Origin: Actinomycetota bacterium | GTDB lineage: Bacteria > Actinomycetota > Thermoleophilia > Gaiellales > Gaiellaceae | NCBI GenBank assembly: GCA_046729555.1 | Contig: JBKPGW010000040.1 | Location: 11,553 to 75,552, forward strand | Length of the DNA stretch: 64,000 nucleotides | Direction of reading: 5' to 3' | Part shown: in pieces, positions 27,517-37,211 of the stretch | Layout of the letters: every line of letters starts with the position of its first letter | How positions within the stretch are numbered: position 1 is the stretch's first letter | Notes under the pieces: generated by a model | Databases searched by the model: none | What the model saw: only the letters and a program-made list of their open reading frames with translations | What the model was told of the DNA's origin: nothing | Translations under genes and position numbers: made by a program

Positions 27517-28455
27517 GTGCCGCTGGACGTCTCGCTCATCGTCGTCTCGCACAATACGCGCGGCCATCTCGAGCGTTGCCTGAGCGAGCTCGGCAGCGCG
27601 CACGAGGTGATCGTCGTCGACACCGGTTCGAGTGACGGCTCGCAGGACCTCGTCCGGGAGAGCTTTCCGCACGTGCGCCTCCTCGTCCTCGCCGACAATC
27701 CAGGGTACGGCGGGGCGTTGAACGCCGGCATCGAGCTTGCATCTGGGCGGCACCTCGTGGTGATGAACGCCGATACGTGGCCGCTGCCGCAGGCCGTGGA
27801 GCGCCTCGTCGAGTTCGCCGAGGGCGAACCGCCGACGGGCGTCGTCGGGCCGCGGCTCCTCGACCCCGACGGGACGGTGCAACCCTCGGTTCGCGGCTTT
27901 CCGACGCTCTGGCGCCTGGCAACCGAGTACCTCTTCCTCCGCTGGCTCGCCCCGCGCACCCGTGCGCTTAACGCGTTCTACGGCAGCGGGTTCGACCACA
28001 GCTCGCGCCGCGAGGCTGACTTCGTCGTCGGCGCGGTCATGCTCGTGCGGCGTCAACTGCTGGACGAGATCGGCGGCTTCGATACGGGCTTCTTCATGTT
28101 CAACGAGGAGGTCGACCTCTGCTACCGGGCGAGGAAAGCGGGCTGGAGAGTCGTCTTCTGGCCCGGCGCGGAGTTCGTCCACGTCGGCGGAGCCTCCACC
28201 GCTGCGGTCTGGCCCCGGATGTACCGCGAGCAGCTGCGCTCGCACCTGCGCTTCCTTGCGAAACACCACAGCTTGCAGGAGGCCGAGCGGGCCCGAAGGC
28301 TGCTTGCCGGGGCGATGCGGATTCGAGCCCTCGTCTTCGGGATCCTCGGCCGGCGTGAGCGACGTGCGCTCTCGCTCGATGCCGCCGCCTGGTTGGGGTC
28401 GGGAGACGCAGCGGCGCTGCTCGGGCCGTCTTGTTCACGCCAGGACTACTTGTAG
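27517..28455 (+). CDS. GT2-family glycosyltransferase (WbbL/rhamnosyltransferase-like)
   Basis: Starts at GTG 27517. VSLIVVSHN, VVDTGSSDGS, NPGYGGALN and FFMFNEEVDLCYR motifs. Confidence 0.85.
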   Translation: MPLDVSLIVVSHNTRGHLERCLSELGSAHEVIVVDTGSSDGSQDLVRESFPHVRLLVLADNPGYGGALNAGIELASGRHLVVMNADTWPLPQAVERLVEFAEGEPPTGVVGPRLLDPDGTVQPSVRGFPTLWRLATEYLFLRWLAPRTRALNAFYGSGFDHSSRREADFVVGAVMLVRRQLLDEIGGFDTGFFMFNEEVDLCYRARKAGWRVVFWPGAEFVHVGGASTAAVWPRMYREQLRSHLRFLAKHHSLQEAERARRLLAGAMRIRALVFGILGRRERRALSLDAAAWLGSGDAAALLGPSCSRQDYL

Positions 28456-28527
28456 ACGCGCGCGCGCGTCCCTATGGTGCGAAAACGGGGATGGCGGCGC
28501 TGACCTGAGCAGTCGGACGGAGAATCG

Positions 28528-30285
28528 GTGACCGACTTCACAGTCGAGGAGGGTCGAGCGGCAGCGTCCCAGCGGCTCGCCTGGGCGAGGACGGCCGTTG
28601 CAGTTGTGGTCGGAATCATCTGTGTGGCGGTCGTGCTCCACATCGTCTGGCTGGTCCGCTTTCGGCGTGGCTACGTCACTGAGTGGGACGAATCGGGCTA
28701 CCTGCAGTTTGCGTTGAGCAACTTCGACGCCCTCCACGATGACGGGCTCTGGACTTTCGCGAAGACCGTCGGGGGGCGAGGAACGTTCGGCCCGCTGCTT
28801 CCCTTCGTAGCTTCGCTCGCCTACCCCATCGTCGGCCGCGGCGTCTTCGGCAGCTTGCTCGTTTTGCCCCTGTTCTTCGCGGGCCTCGTCGGCGCGGCGT
28901 TCGGCCTCGCTCGTCAGCTGGTCTCCGATTCGTGGGCGGTGGTAGCCGCGCTGGCCGTGGCGGCGATCCCGGCGGTCACGGACTACACGCGACTCTTTCA
29001 CTTCGCCCTCCCCGCAACGGCATGCATGACAGCCGCCCTATGGGCTCTCGTACGGTCGAACGGATTCCGGCGGCCCGCTTGGTCCGCAGCCTTCGGACTG
29101 TTCGTTGCGCTGACGCTACTCGCGAGGACGATGACGGTCGCGTACATGCCGGGCTTCGTGCTCGCCGCGGCTGCCCAGTTCCTGGTCGAGGGTCCAGCGC
29201 TTCGTGCGCGCCTGCGCAATTTCGCGATCGCCGCAGGCACGTTCGGGCTGGTCGCCGGACCGTGGTACATCCGAAATGCCCGCAGCGTCTATGACCTCCT
29301 GCTGGGCTCGGGCTACGGGGAAGGCGCAACGCCGTTCGGCCACCACTATCCCATCACCTCTTGGGGCTACTGGACGAAGGAGCTTCGCCTCGATCTCTCC
29401 TACATGTGGCTTCCGCTTGCGGCCGCTCTTCTCCTCGGCTTCTGTGTCGCGTTCGCATATCTCGTCGCGCGGCACCCGCGCCTGAGTCGAGCCAGCCGCC
29501 CGCGGAGTGCGCGCGCAGCTGCTGTCCTGGGGCTCCTGCTCGTCGTCCTCGAGGGCTACCTCGTGTTGACGACTTCTCGCAACGAGGGCACCGGGTTCGC
29601 GCTTCCCTGGGTTCCGGCGCTCGTCGTTCTCGGCGTGACCGCCGCCGCGAGCGTTCCGGCTCGCGCTGTACGAGTCGCTCTGGCCGGCATCCTCGTCGTG
29701 GTCAGCATCGGTGCCGTCGTAGCGAAGAGCGGTTGGTTCGAGCCGCTGGCGAGGACGCGAACAGTCGCCGTCCCGGGTCTCGGCCACGTGCTCGTGACCG
29801 AGGGACGCGGGCTCATACAGCGCGAAGTCGGTGGCGACGGTTACGACATCACCCCGGTGACGCACCCGCTCCCGGCGATGCATCGTCGGTGGCTCCCGCT
29901 CGCCCGTGACGTCGTCGGCTGGTCGTTGCACCGTGCCGAGCAGCGACACGAACCGCTCAACCTTACGCTCGGGCTCGACGACCGGATCTTCGGAAACTCG
30001 CGTCTCATTCTCGCTGCCCAACTCTGGTTCCACCGGTATCTGTCCGTCGACTACCTCAGCGCGTTTCCGGGTGGCGACACCGTCCCCTCGTATCGCCGCC
30101 AGCTCCTCTCTCCGCAGCCCGAGAACGCGCTGGTCACCGGCAACCCACCTCCGAGTGGGGCGGCCATCACGCGCTCGAAGGTGGAGGTGGCGGCGCGCGC
30201 GCTCGGATTCGCTCGCGAGAAGTCGTTCACGATGCCGGACGGAAGGACGATCTGGATCTGGTGGCGAGAACGGGCCCACAGCTGA
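28528..30285 (+). CDS. GT-C fold glycosyltransferase (ArnT/PMT, GT39/GT83-like)
   Basis: 585 aa with at least 10 TM helices. First-loop motif EWDESGY. Confidence 0.72.
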   Translation: MTDFTVEEGRAAASQRLAWARTAVAVVVGIICVAVVLHIVWLVRFRRGYVTEWDESGYLQFALSNFDALHDDGLWTFAKTVGGRGTFGPLLPFVASLAYPIVGRGVFGSLLVLPLFFAGLVGAAFGLARQLVSDSWAVVAALAVAAIPAVTDYTRLFHFALPATACMTAALWALVRSNGFRRPAWSAAFGLFVALTLLARTMTVAYMPGFVLAAAAQFLVEGPALRARLRNFAIAAGTFGLVAGPWYIRNARSVYDLLLGSGYGEGATPFGHHYPITSWGYWTKELRLDLSYMWLPLAAALLLGFCVAFAYLVARHPRLSRASRPRSARAAAVLGLLLVVLEGYLVLTTSRNEGTGFALPWVPALVVLGVTAAASVPARAVRVALAGILVVVSIGAVVAKSGWFEPLARTRTVAVPGLGHVLVTEGRGLIQREVGGDGYDITPVTHPLPAMHRRWLPLARDVVGWSLHRAEQRHEPLNLTLGLDDRIFGNSRLILAAQLWFHRYLSVDYLSAFPGGDTVPSYRRQLLSPQPENALVTGNPPPSGAAITRSKVEVAARALGFAREKSFTMPDGRTIWIWWRERAHS

Positions 30286-30366
30286 TGCTCGAAGTGGGGG
30301 CCCGCGGAGACTGACGCTAGCCGTCGCCCCCGGGACCGATCACAATCTGCCTATGGGGAGGACGAG

Positions 30367-32103
30367 TTGGCGGTAGTCGCGCGCCGCGCGGCTGATGCGG
30401 CGGCGCTCGCCCGTGCGATGAGCGCGCGCCGGATCGCGGTAGCAAGGGCAGGGCTCGACTGTGCGTTCCTCGCCGCCGTTATCGGGATCTCGACCTTGCC
30501 CTACGTTCGCGGCCTCGGTTTCTATTACGACGACTATTCGGTTCTCGGGCACCTCGACTCGGCGCACGACCACTCGCTCGCCGGCCTCTACCACGCGGTG
30601 CGGCCTCTCAACGGCCAGCGGCCGCTCCAGTCGCTCACGTTCGCCGGCCTCTACTGGCTCTTCGGACTGAACCCGCTCGGCTACCACGTCGTCAACGTGC
30701 TCCTGCTCGTCGCGGTCGCCTGGTTGCTCTATCTCGTCCTGCGCGAGCTCCGGCTTCCGCGGCTCGTGTGCGTCGCCCTGCCCCTCGTGTACTCGACCCT
30801 TCCCCACTACGCAACCAACCGGTTCTGGCTCGACGCCTTCCAGATCACCGTGAGCAACGCCTTCTATCTCCTGAGCCTCTACGCCGGCCTGCGGGCGCTT
30901 CGTGCTAGAGCGGCAGCGCTCCCCGGCTGGCTCACGCTCGCGGCCGCCGCCGTTGCCGGAAGCCTGTTCGCATACGAGGTCGTCTACCCCCTCTTCGCCC
31001 TCGAACTAGGCCTGCTCTGGTGGGCCGCCCGCCGATCGCCTCGCGACGTGCCTGCCGCGCAGTGGATCACGATAGGCGGATTGGCGGTTGCGATCGTCAC
31101 CATCGGAGTCGTCAAGGCGACGCTGGTCGCCGAACACGGACAGAACAGTTACCAGGTTGGCTTCCAGGGCGGTCTCGCGCACCACCTCGCCTATCTCGTC
31201 TCCGGCTCGATCAAGGTCAACGTGGGCAGCTACTTCCTCGCCGTCCCATACGTCCTCTGGTGGATCATGCGCCACCGCCTCACTGCAGCGAGCGTAGGCG
31301 CGGCCGGAGCCGGCGGGCTGCTCGCATTCGGCTACGTCTGGTGGATCGGCCGCCGCGATCGCGAGGCGCTGGTCGGCAATCCTCATTGGCGCAACTGTGT
31401 GCGCGTCGGTCTCATCGCCTTCGTGCTCGGCTACGCGATCTTCCTGACGAACCGGCAGGTGCTCTTCCGCAGCGCCGGCCTCGACGATCGCGTGAACGCG
31501 GCCGCAGCTCTCGGTGTCGCGGCCGTCCTCGTAGGGGCGATCGGGTGGATCGCGGCACGGCTGCCAGAGCAACGAAGGATCGCTCTCTTCGCGGCGAGTG
31601 TCGGCTGCATCGTCGCGACGGGCGTCCTCATCATCGGCACACTCGGCTCATTCTGGACGAGTGCGGCGAACGAGCAGCACTCGATCATGAGCAGCCTCCA
31701 GCGGACGGCGCCCTCACTGCCGCCTTCGAGCACCGTCGTCCTCGACGGCGTCTGCCCCGAGATCGGCCCGGCCGTCGTGTTCGGCGACGAGTGGGACTTC
31801 CGAGGCGCACTCCGGCTTGCCTACCGGGATCCCTCGCTCACAGCAGACACTGCCCCCGACGGTCTGCGTGCCGAAGCACACCAACTAGTCGTGGAGATGA
31901 CCTTCCTCGGTCGCCGCTCCACGAGGACGTATGGATACGGCCCCCTCCTCTTCGTGTACGACTTCCCGCACCGGACGCTGCGCGCCGTTCGTGACCGGGC
32001 AGACGCCGTCCGGTACGTCGCCTCACGCCCCACGCTCGACTGTCAGCCGCAGCGCGGTTTCGCGTGGGGCTTCGATCCGTTTCGCCGGTTGTCGCTCCCG
32101 TGA
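30367..32103 (+). CDS. Large polytopic membrane protein, GT-C-like, uncharacterised family (paralog of 48533-50152)
   Basis: 578 aa with many TM helices. Loop-1 motif GFYYDDYS, followed by RPL..LFGLNPLGYH. Confidence 0.6.
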   Translation: MAVVARRAADAAALARAMSARRIAVARAGLDCAFLAAVIGISTLPYVRGLGFYYDDYSVLGHLDSAHDHSLAGLYHAVRPLNGQRPLQSLTFAGLYWLFGLNPLGYHVVNVLLLVAVAWLLYLVLRELRLPRLVCVALPLVYSTLPHYATNRFWLDAFQITVSNAFYLLSLYAGLRALRARAAALPGWLTLAAAAVAGSLFAYEVVYPLFALELGLLWWAARRSPRDVPAAQWITIGGLAVAIVTIGVVKATLVAEHGQNSYQVGFQGGLAHHLAYLVSGSIKVNVGSYFLAVPYVLWWIMRHRLTAASVGAAGAGGLLAFGYVWWIGRRDREALVGNPHWRNCVRVGLIAFVLGYAIFLTNRQVLFRSAGLDDRVNAAAALGVAAVLVGAIGWIAARLPEQRRIALFAASVGCIVATGVLIIGTLGSFWTSAANEQHSIMSSLQRTAPSLPPSSTVVLDGVCPEIGPAVVFGDEWDFRGALRLAYRDPSLTADTAPDGLRAEAHQLVVEMTFLGRRSTRTYGYGPLLFVYDFPHRTLRAVRDRADAVRYVASRPTLDCQPQRGFAWGFDPFRRLSLP

Positions 32104-33119
32104 TCGACGCGCCCGACTACTCGATCGTCGTTCCCGTCTACGACGAGGAGGAGACGCTCCCCGCGCTGTACGAGCGGCTCACGTGGTTGCTCGAACGCCT
32201 CGACGGAAGCGCAGAGGTGATCCTGGTCGACGACGGGAGCCGAGACCACAGCTACGCCCTGATGCTCGACCTGCACAGGCGCGACCCGCGGTTCAAGCTG
32301 CTTCGGCTGTCACGGAACTTCGGCCACCAGATCGCTATAACCGCGGGGTTGGACTTCGCCGCGGGACAGGCGGTGATCGTCATGGACGCCGACCTTCAGG
32401 ATCCTCCGGAGACGGTGCTGACCATGGCCGAGCGCTGGCGCGACGGCTTCGAGGTCGTGTACGGCGTGCGCCGCCAGCGTCTCGGCGAGACACGCTTCAA
32501 ACGAGTCACCGCCGCGGTCTTCTATCGGCTGCTCCGGCGCCTGGCGGACGTCGAGATCCCGGCGGACGTCGGTGATTTCAGGCTGCTCGATCGGAAAGCC
32601 CTCGATGCATACCAGGCGATGCGCGAACACGACCGCTATCTACGCGGCATGGTCAGTTGGATCGGATTCAAGCAGGTCGGCGTCCCGTACAGCCGCGACG
32701 AACGGCGCGCCGGGGAGACGAAGTATCCGCTGCGGAAGATGATGAAGTTTGCTGCCGACGGCATCGTCAGCTTTTCGAACGCGCCGCTTCGCCTCGCTCT
32801 CGGACTCGGGTTCCTCGTCTCGGCGACCTCGTTTCTCTACGGCTTCGTCGCGATCCTGCTCAAGGTCACCGGCGCCTTCACGGTCCCCGGCTGGACATCG
32901 GTCATCTTTGTCACGAGCTTCCTCGGCGGCGTCCAGCTGATCGTGCTCGGCGTGGTCGGCGAGTACGTTGGCAGGACCTACCTCGAGAGCAAGCGACGCC
33001 CACTCTACGTCGTCAACCAGACCGCCGGGCTCGTCGAGCCCTCACGGTTGCCGGAGCGGACGGTCGGCTGGCAGCTCGGGCCAGTCGTCGAAGCCGATCG
33101 TCACGCGCGTCCGGACTGA
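32100..33119 (+). CDS. Polyprenyl-phosphate glycosyltransferase (GtrB/ArnC/DPM1-like GT2)
   Basis: YSIVVPVYDEEE, ILVDDGSRD, RNFGHQ and MDADLQDPP motifs plus two C-terminal TM helices. GTG 32100 overlaps the upstream stop (GTGA). Confidence 0.88.
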   Translation: MIDAPDYSIVVPVYDEEETLPALYERLTWLLERLDGSAEVILVDDGSRDHSYALMLDLHRRDPRFKLLRLSRNFGHQIAITAGLDFAAGQAVIVMDADLQDPPETVLTMAERWRDGFEVVYGVRRQRLGETRFKRVTAAVFYRLLRRLADVEIPADVGDFRLLDRKALDAYQAMREHDRYLRGMVSWIGFKQVGVPYSRDERRAGETKYPLRKMMKFAADGIVSFSNAPLRLALGLGFLVSATSFLYGFVAILLKVTGAFTVPGWTSVIFVTSFLGGVQLIVLGVVGEYVGRTYLESKRRPLYVVNQTAGLVEPSRLPERTVGWQLGPVVEADRHARPD

Positions 33120-33148
33120 TTCTCGCCGCGCCGCGGCCAAGCCGTCTC

Positions 33149-33871
33149 TCAGGAAGCCCCCTCAACAGCCTCCAGGTAGTGGGGCTGGACCGTGGCGAAT
33201 GGCCCGTGCTCCCGTAACGTTCCCTTGTCCATCCAGAGAGCCCGGCTGCAAAGGCTCGCGAGCATCGCGTGGTCGTGCCCCGCGGCGACCACGACTCCGC
33301 CGGCGTCCAGAATGTTGTGCGCGCGCTCCTGGAGGAAGTGCCTAAACTCGTGGTCGAGCGCCTCGTGGACCTCGTCGAGGACCAGGATCTGTGGTTCTGC
33401 CTCCTCGGCTACCGCGATCCCCAGGCGGGCCCTCATCCCCTGTGAGTACGTGAGCACCGGGCGCTCGAAGGCCTCGCCCAGCTTGCTCCTCGCCTTCACG
33501 TCGTCAAGCGCGCGGACGACTGCTCTGCGAGACAGGCCCGCCAGGATGCCGAGGAGCAACGCGTTCTCCCGGCCCGTCAGCAAGTGCAGCAAGCCACCGT
33601 CGATGGACAGCAATGACGCGACACGACCACGAATCTCGATCGTCCCGCTATCCGGCGTGTAGACACCGGCGAGCACGCGAAGAAGGGTCGTCTTCCCCGA
33701 CCCGCTGGGCCCGATCAAGGCGGTCCCCTCCCCCTTCCCGATCGAGAAGCTGACGTCCCGAAGGCCCCAGGTGGTGAGACCCTGGCCGCGCAGGCGGGCC
33801 TCCCCCGGAGTAACGACCCGAAGATGGCGATCGAAGAAGAACTGAATGCCGAGACCGTCCGCGACGATCAT
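33149..33871 (-). CDS. ABC transporter ATP-binding protein (Wzt/TagH/KpsT-type polysaccharide export)
   Basis: 240 aa from ATG 33871. Walker A GPSGSGKT, signature YSQGMRARL, Walker B ILVLDE. No C-terminal extension. Confidence 0.9.
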   Translation of the reverse strand: MIVADGLGIQFFFDRHLRVVTPGEARLRGQGLTTWGLRDVSFSIGKGEGTALIGPSGSGKTTLLRVLAGVYTPDSGTIEIRGRVASLLSIDGGLLHLLTGRENALLLGILAGLSRRAVVRALDDVKARSKLGEAFERPVLTYSQGMRARLGIAVAEEAEPQILVLDEVHEALDHEFRHFLQERAHNILDAGGVVVAAGHDHAMLASLCSRALWMDKGTLREHGPFATVQPHYLEAVEGAS

Positions 33872-34758
33872 CAGATCACCTTCGCGAACTGGTGCTGTTC
33901 TGACCTGTAAAGCGGCACGAAGATGACGAAGAGAACGATTGCCGCCGCAAGCGGGATCACCAGCTGCCACGCCGCCGGCCGTGTCCCGAACATGAAAACG
34001 CTCCGATACGCCTCGAAGAGGCCGGTCATCGGGTTGATTCGAAGCAGGGTCCTGATCCGCTCGCTCGTCTCCTGAAGCGGCACGAGGCCGGGCGCGAGGA
34101 AGAAGAGGATCCTGACGAAGCTGATGACGAACGGCCGGAGCTCCCGAAGCCAGATACCGAAGAGAGTCGCGGCGTACGCCGCCGCCGCTGCAAGGAGGAG
34201 GTTCACGAGCAGGACGGCCGGAAACCAGAAGACGCTCCACTCCGGCGCCACGCGATAGATGGCCATCATGGCGACCACGAGTAAGAGACTGGCGGCGAAG
34301 CCGACGCTCTCCGTCAGCGCCGAGGAGATCGGCAGCAGCATCCGCCTGAACGACATATTGAGCAGGATCGGCCTCCGGGCATCGAGGGCGCCCATCGCAT
34401 TCCCGATCGTCAGCATCACCAGCTGGAAGGGAATGACGGCGCACGTGAGGCTGAGTCCCGGCGCCGTTCCAGGCCGGTCGAGCACGAATGTCACGAGAAG
34501 GAGGTAGACGCCGACCAGCGCTACAGGCTCGAGCAACCAGCGCGCGAATCTGAACGGGCCGCGGCCATAGCGGAAGCGCAGATCCGACTCGGTCAGCGCG
34601 CGCAGGAGATCGATCGTGTTGCCGAGCGCCCGGAGCGACCGGCGGAGCTTCCCCTCGCCGCCGAAGAAGGTCGTCACGCGCTCGCGCGAAATCGCCTCGT
34701 TCCGCCCGTGCACGGGAGCAGGGTACTGGCTATCTTGGATGGCATTGCGGCTGCTCAT
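33871..34758 (-). CDS. ABC-2 type permease (Wzm/TagG-like)
   Basis: Six TM-like helices. The stop overlaps the ATPase start (TGATG). The start is uncertain (34758, 34713 or 34677). Confidence 0.8.
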   Translation of the reverse strand: MSSRNAIQDSQYPAPVHGRNEAISRERVTTFFGGEGKLRRSLRALGNTIDLLRALTESDLRFRYGRGPFRFARWLLEPVALVGVYLLLVTFVLDRPGTAPGLSLTCAVIPFQLVMLTIGNAMGALDARRPILLNMSFRRMLLPISSALTESVGFAASLLLVVAMMAIYRVAPEWSVFWFPAVLLVNLLLAAAAAYAATLFGIWLRELRPFVISFVRILFFLAPGLVPLQETSERIRTLLRINPMTGLFEAYRSVFMFGTRPAAWQLVIPLAAAIVLFVIFVPLYRSEQHQFAKVI

Positions 34759-35464
34759 CGTCAACGCCGACGACTTCGGCTGCAGCCGCGGCGTCAACCG
34801 AGGGATCGTCGAGGCGCACGAGCACGGGATCGTGACGAGCGCCAGCCTCATGGTGAACCGTGCAGCCGCTAGCGAGGCGGCCGAATACGGTCGGGAGCAC
34901 CCGGAGCTAGCAGTCGGACTTCACGTAGAGCTTCGACGGTGGCGCGTGCGACGGCGGCCGTGGTCCTTCGTCTGGTCGAACGCGCGACTCCAGCGGCTGG
35001 TCATGACGGACCTTGCTGCGCAACTCGAGCGGTTCCGAGCCCTCATGGGCCGCGATCCCACTCACCTCGACTCGCATCAGCACCGCCACCGCAGTGAGTC
35101 GCTCCAGCCCATCTTCCAGGACCTCGCGCGGGGGCTCGACGTTCCACTTCGCCACTTCGATGCTCGGATCCGCTTCTGTGGTCGTTTCTACGGCCAGGAC
35201 GGTGCCGGTCAGCCCGACCTCGCCGCGATCATGCCGGCCGCGCTCATCGCTGCGCTGGAGACGCTGCCCACGGGCGTCACCGAGCTCGGCTGCCACCCCG
35301 GCTACACGGACGGCCTGAAGGCGTGGTACCGCGAGGAGCGCGTTCAGGAAGTCGCAACGCTCTGCCATCCCGAAGTCCGCGAGGCGATCGAGCGGCTCCA
35401 CATCGAGCTCGTCTCGTTCCGAGACGTCGCCGTGCGACGAGACGGAGAGCAGGCGCGGGGCTGA
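34739..35464 (+). CDS. YdjC/ChbG-family carbohydrate deacetylase
   Basis: 241 aa from ATG 34739. LLIVNADDFGCSRGVNRGI..SASLMV is the YdjC N-terminal motif. Confidence 0.8.
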   Translation: MALRLLIVNADDFGCSRGVNRGIVEAHEHGIVTSASLMVNRAAASEAAEYGREHPELAVGLHVELRRWRVRRRPWSFVWSNARLQRLVMTDLAAQLERFRALMGRDPTHLDSHQHRHRSESLQPIFQDLARGLDVPLRHFDARIRFCGRFYGQDGAGQPDLAAIMPAALIAALETLPTGVTELGCHPGYTDGLKAWYREERVQEVATLCHPEVREAIERLHIELVSFRDVAVRRDGEQARG

Positions 35465-35482
35465 CGCCCGCCGAAGACGACC

Positions 35483-36328
35483 GTGATCGCAGTCATCGTG
35501 CTGACACACAACCGAGCGCACCTCCTCGAGCGCTGCGTCGAGGACGTGCTCTGGCGCGTGTCGGAGAAGACGCAGGAGATCATCATCTGGGACAACGCCT
35601 CCGACGACGGGACCCGCGAATACCTCGAGGGCGTCCACGGTCCCAGAATTCAGGTCATCCGCCACTCTGAGAACATCGGCACGAACGCGTATGCACCTGC
35701 GGTCAAGCTGACGAAGGCTCCGTACATCGTCGAGCTCGACGACGACGTCATCGAAGCTCCGCATGGCTGGGATGCGATCCTCTTGGACGCATTCCTCAAG
35801 ATTCCTCAGATCGGGTACCTGGTGGCGGATCTAAAGGAGGACCCCAACGACTCTGCGTACCGCTACCTGAAGTATGCGAAGGAGGAGCGGAAAGTCTTCA
35901 CTCGGAAGGAGGTGAACGGGGTCACGATCCTCGAGGGCCCCACAGGCGGCGGCTGCTCGATGACCTCGCGCGAGATCTACGACCGTGTTGGAGGTTTTCG
36001 CCAGCACCGCAAGCTGGTCTTCTGGCACGAGGCCGCGTCATACGTTCGAGACGTGCGCAAGCTCGGCTATCGCACTGCCATCCTCGAGGATCTCAAAGTC
36101 TGGCACGCAGGGAGCCCCTTCTACTCGACGACGTCTCCCGCGAAGCTCGCCTTCCACGCGCACCGCCGGCGCGCCGAAGCCCGCAAGAACTTCGCGAAGC
36201 GCGTGATCCTGTCCATTCCCTTTGTCGCAGCGATGAATGAACGCCACCGGTGGTTCAGCCCACCGCACCACTACGTGCCGCCGGACCTCCGCCCGAAGCA
36301 GCAGGACCGCCCACCCCGTCGTGACTAA
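35483..36328 (+). CDS. GT2-family glycosyltransferase
   Basis: 281 aa. IAVIVLTHNR, IIIWDNASDDGT and ELDDD motifs. Visibly more AT-rich than its neighbours. Confidence 0.8.
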   Translation: MIAVIVLTHNRAHLLERCVEDVLWRVSEKTQEIIIWDNASDDGTREYLEGVHGPRIQVIRHSENIGTNAYAPAVKLTKAPYIVELDDDVIEAPHGWDAILLDAFLKIPQIGYLVADLKEDPNDSAYRYLKYAKEERKVFTRKEVNGVTILEGPTGGGCSMTSREIYDRVGGFRQHRKLVFWHEAASYVRDVRKLGYRTAILEDLKVWHAGSPFYSTTSPAKLAFHAHRRRAEARKNFAKRVILSIPFVAAMNERHRWFSPPHHYVPPDLRPKQQDRPPRRD

Positions 36329-36481
36329 ACGGAGCCTCCCGGAGCGGCTGCTCGGCCGGGCTCGAGCAGAGTGGGCCGGGCTCCGCAGGACCATGGCGCT
36401 CGTCGGCTGGCGCCGGGTGGAGGGGACGCCACGGAAGGCGGGCGTCGCCGTGCGCCCCGGGGCGGAGCCGGCCGGCAGCCG

Positions 36482-37201
36482 TTACGCGCCGGAAGCAGCC
36501 ACGGACCAACCCCGGCGCTTGAGGTAGCGGAACATCCGCTTCTTCGTCGCTGCGAGTGTCAGATCGATGTCATGTCCATCGGGCGCGAACGCGAAGTCGG
36601 CGAGCGATCGGCGGAGCGTCCAACCGTGGATCTCGCTCGTGAAGTACGACAGCCACATGTCGTCGACGAACCAATAGCGGCGGGGGCAACGAAAGAGCCC
36701 AGGGTCGGTGAACACACTCGGATCCGCGACCATCCCGCCCACGCCGACGTAGTCCGCTGGATCGAGCGGTGTCTCGACCCGGTCACGCTCGGCATACGTC
36801 CGGGCCCCCGGCCTGTAGGTGAACGCCCACCAGCCTGCAAGTGATCTCGGCGAGAAGCTCGCCAACTGATCGGCGATCATTGAATCCCCGAAGTCCTGAT
36901 CGTCGTCGATGAAGAGGACGGCGTCGCTCGTTTCGGCGAGCTCGCGGGCGAGGTAGAAGCGCCCGAAGCACCCGATATTGCGCCGGCAATGGAAGGACTG
37001 CGCGGGAATCGGGCTCCTGATGAGCGCTTGATCAACGCGTTCCGCTTCCCGGCGGTTGTTGTTCCAGACGTAGAGCGTGGCGGGAAGATCTTGCTCGGCC
37101 AGCAGCTCGAGGGTTCGAGGCAGACGCTCGATTCGCTTCCAGACCGCCATGATCACCGGGGTCCGGTTTCGCTCGATCAGGAGCGTCGAGACCTGCGACA
37201 T
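36482..37201 (-). CDS. GT-A fold glycosyltransferase-like protein
   Basis: 239 aa from ATG 37201. LFIDDDQDF (DxD) and FVDDMWLS motifs. Confidence 0.6.
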   Translation of the reverse strand: MSQVSTLLIERNRTPVIMAVWKRIERLPRTLELLAEQDLPATLYVWNNNRREAERVDQALIRSPIPAQSFHCRRNIGCFGRFYLARELAETSDAVLFIDDDQDFGDSMIADQLASFSPRSLAGWWAFTYRPGARTYAERDRVETPLDPADYVGVGGMVADPSVFTDPGLFRCPRRYWFVDDMWLSYFTSEIHGWTLRRSLADFAFAPDGHDIDLTLAATKKRMFRYLKRRGWSVAASGA

Positions 37202-37211
37202 CAGCGCATTG

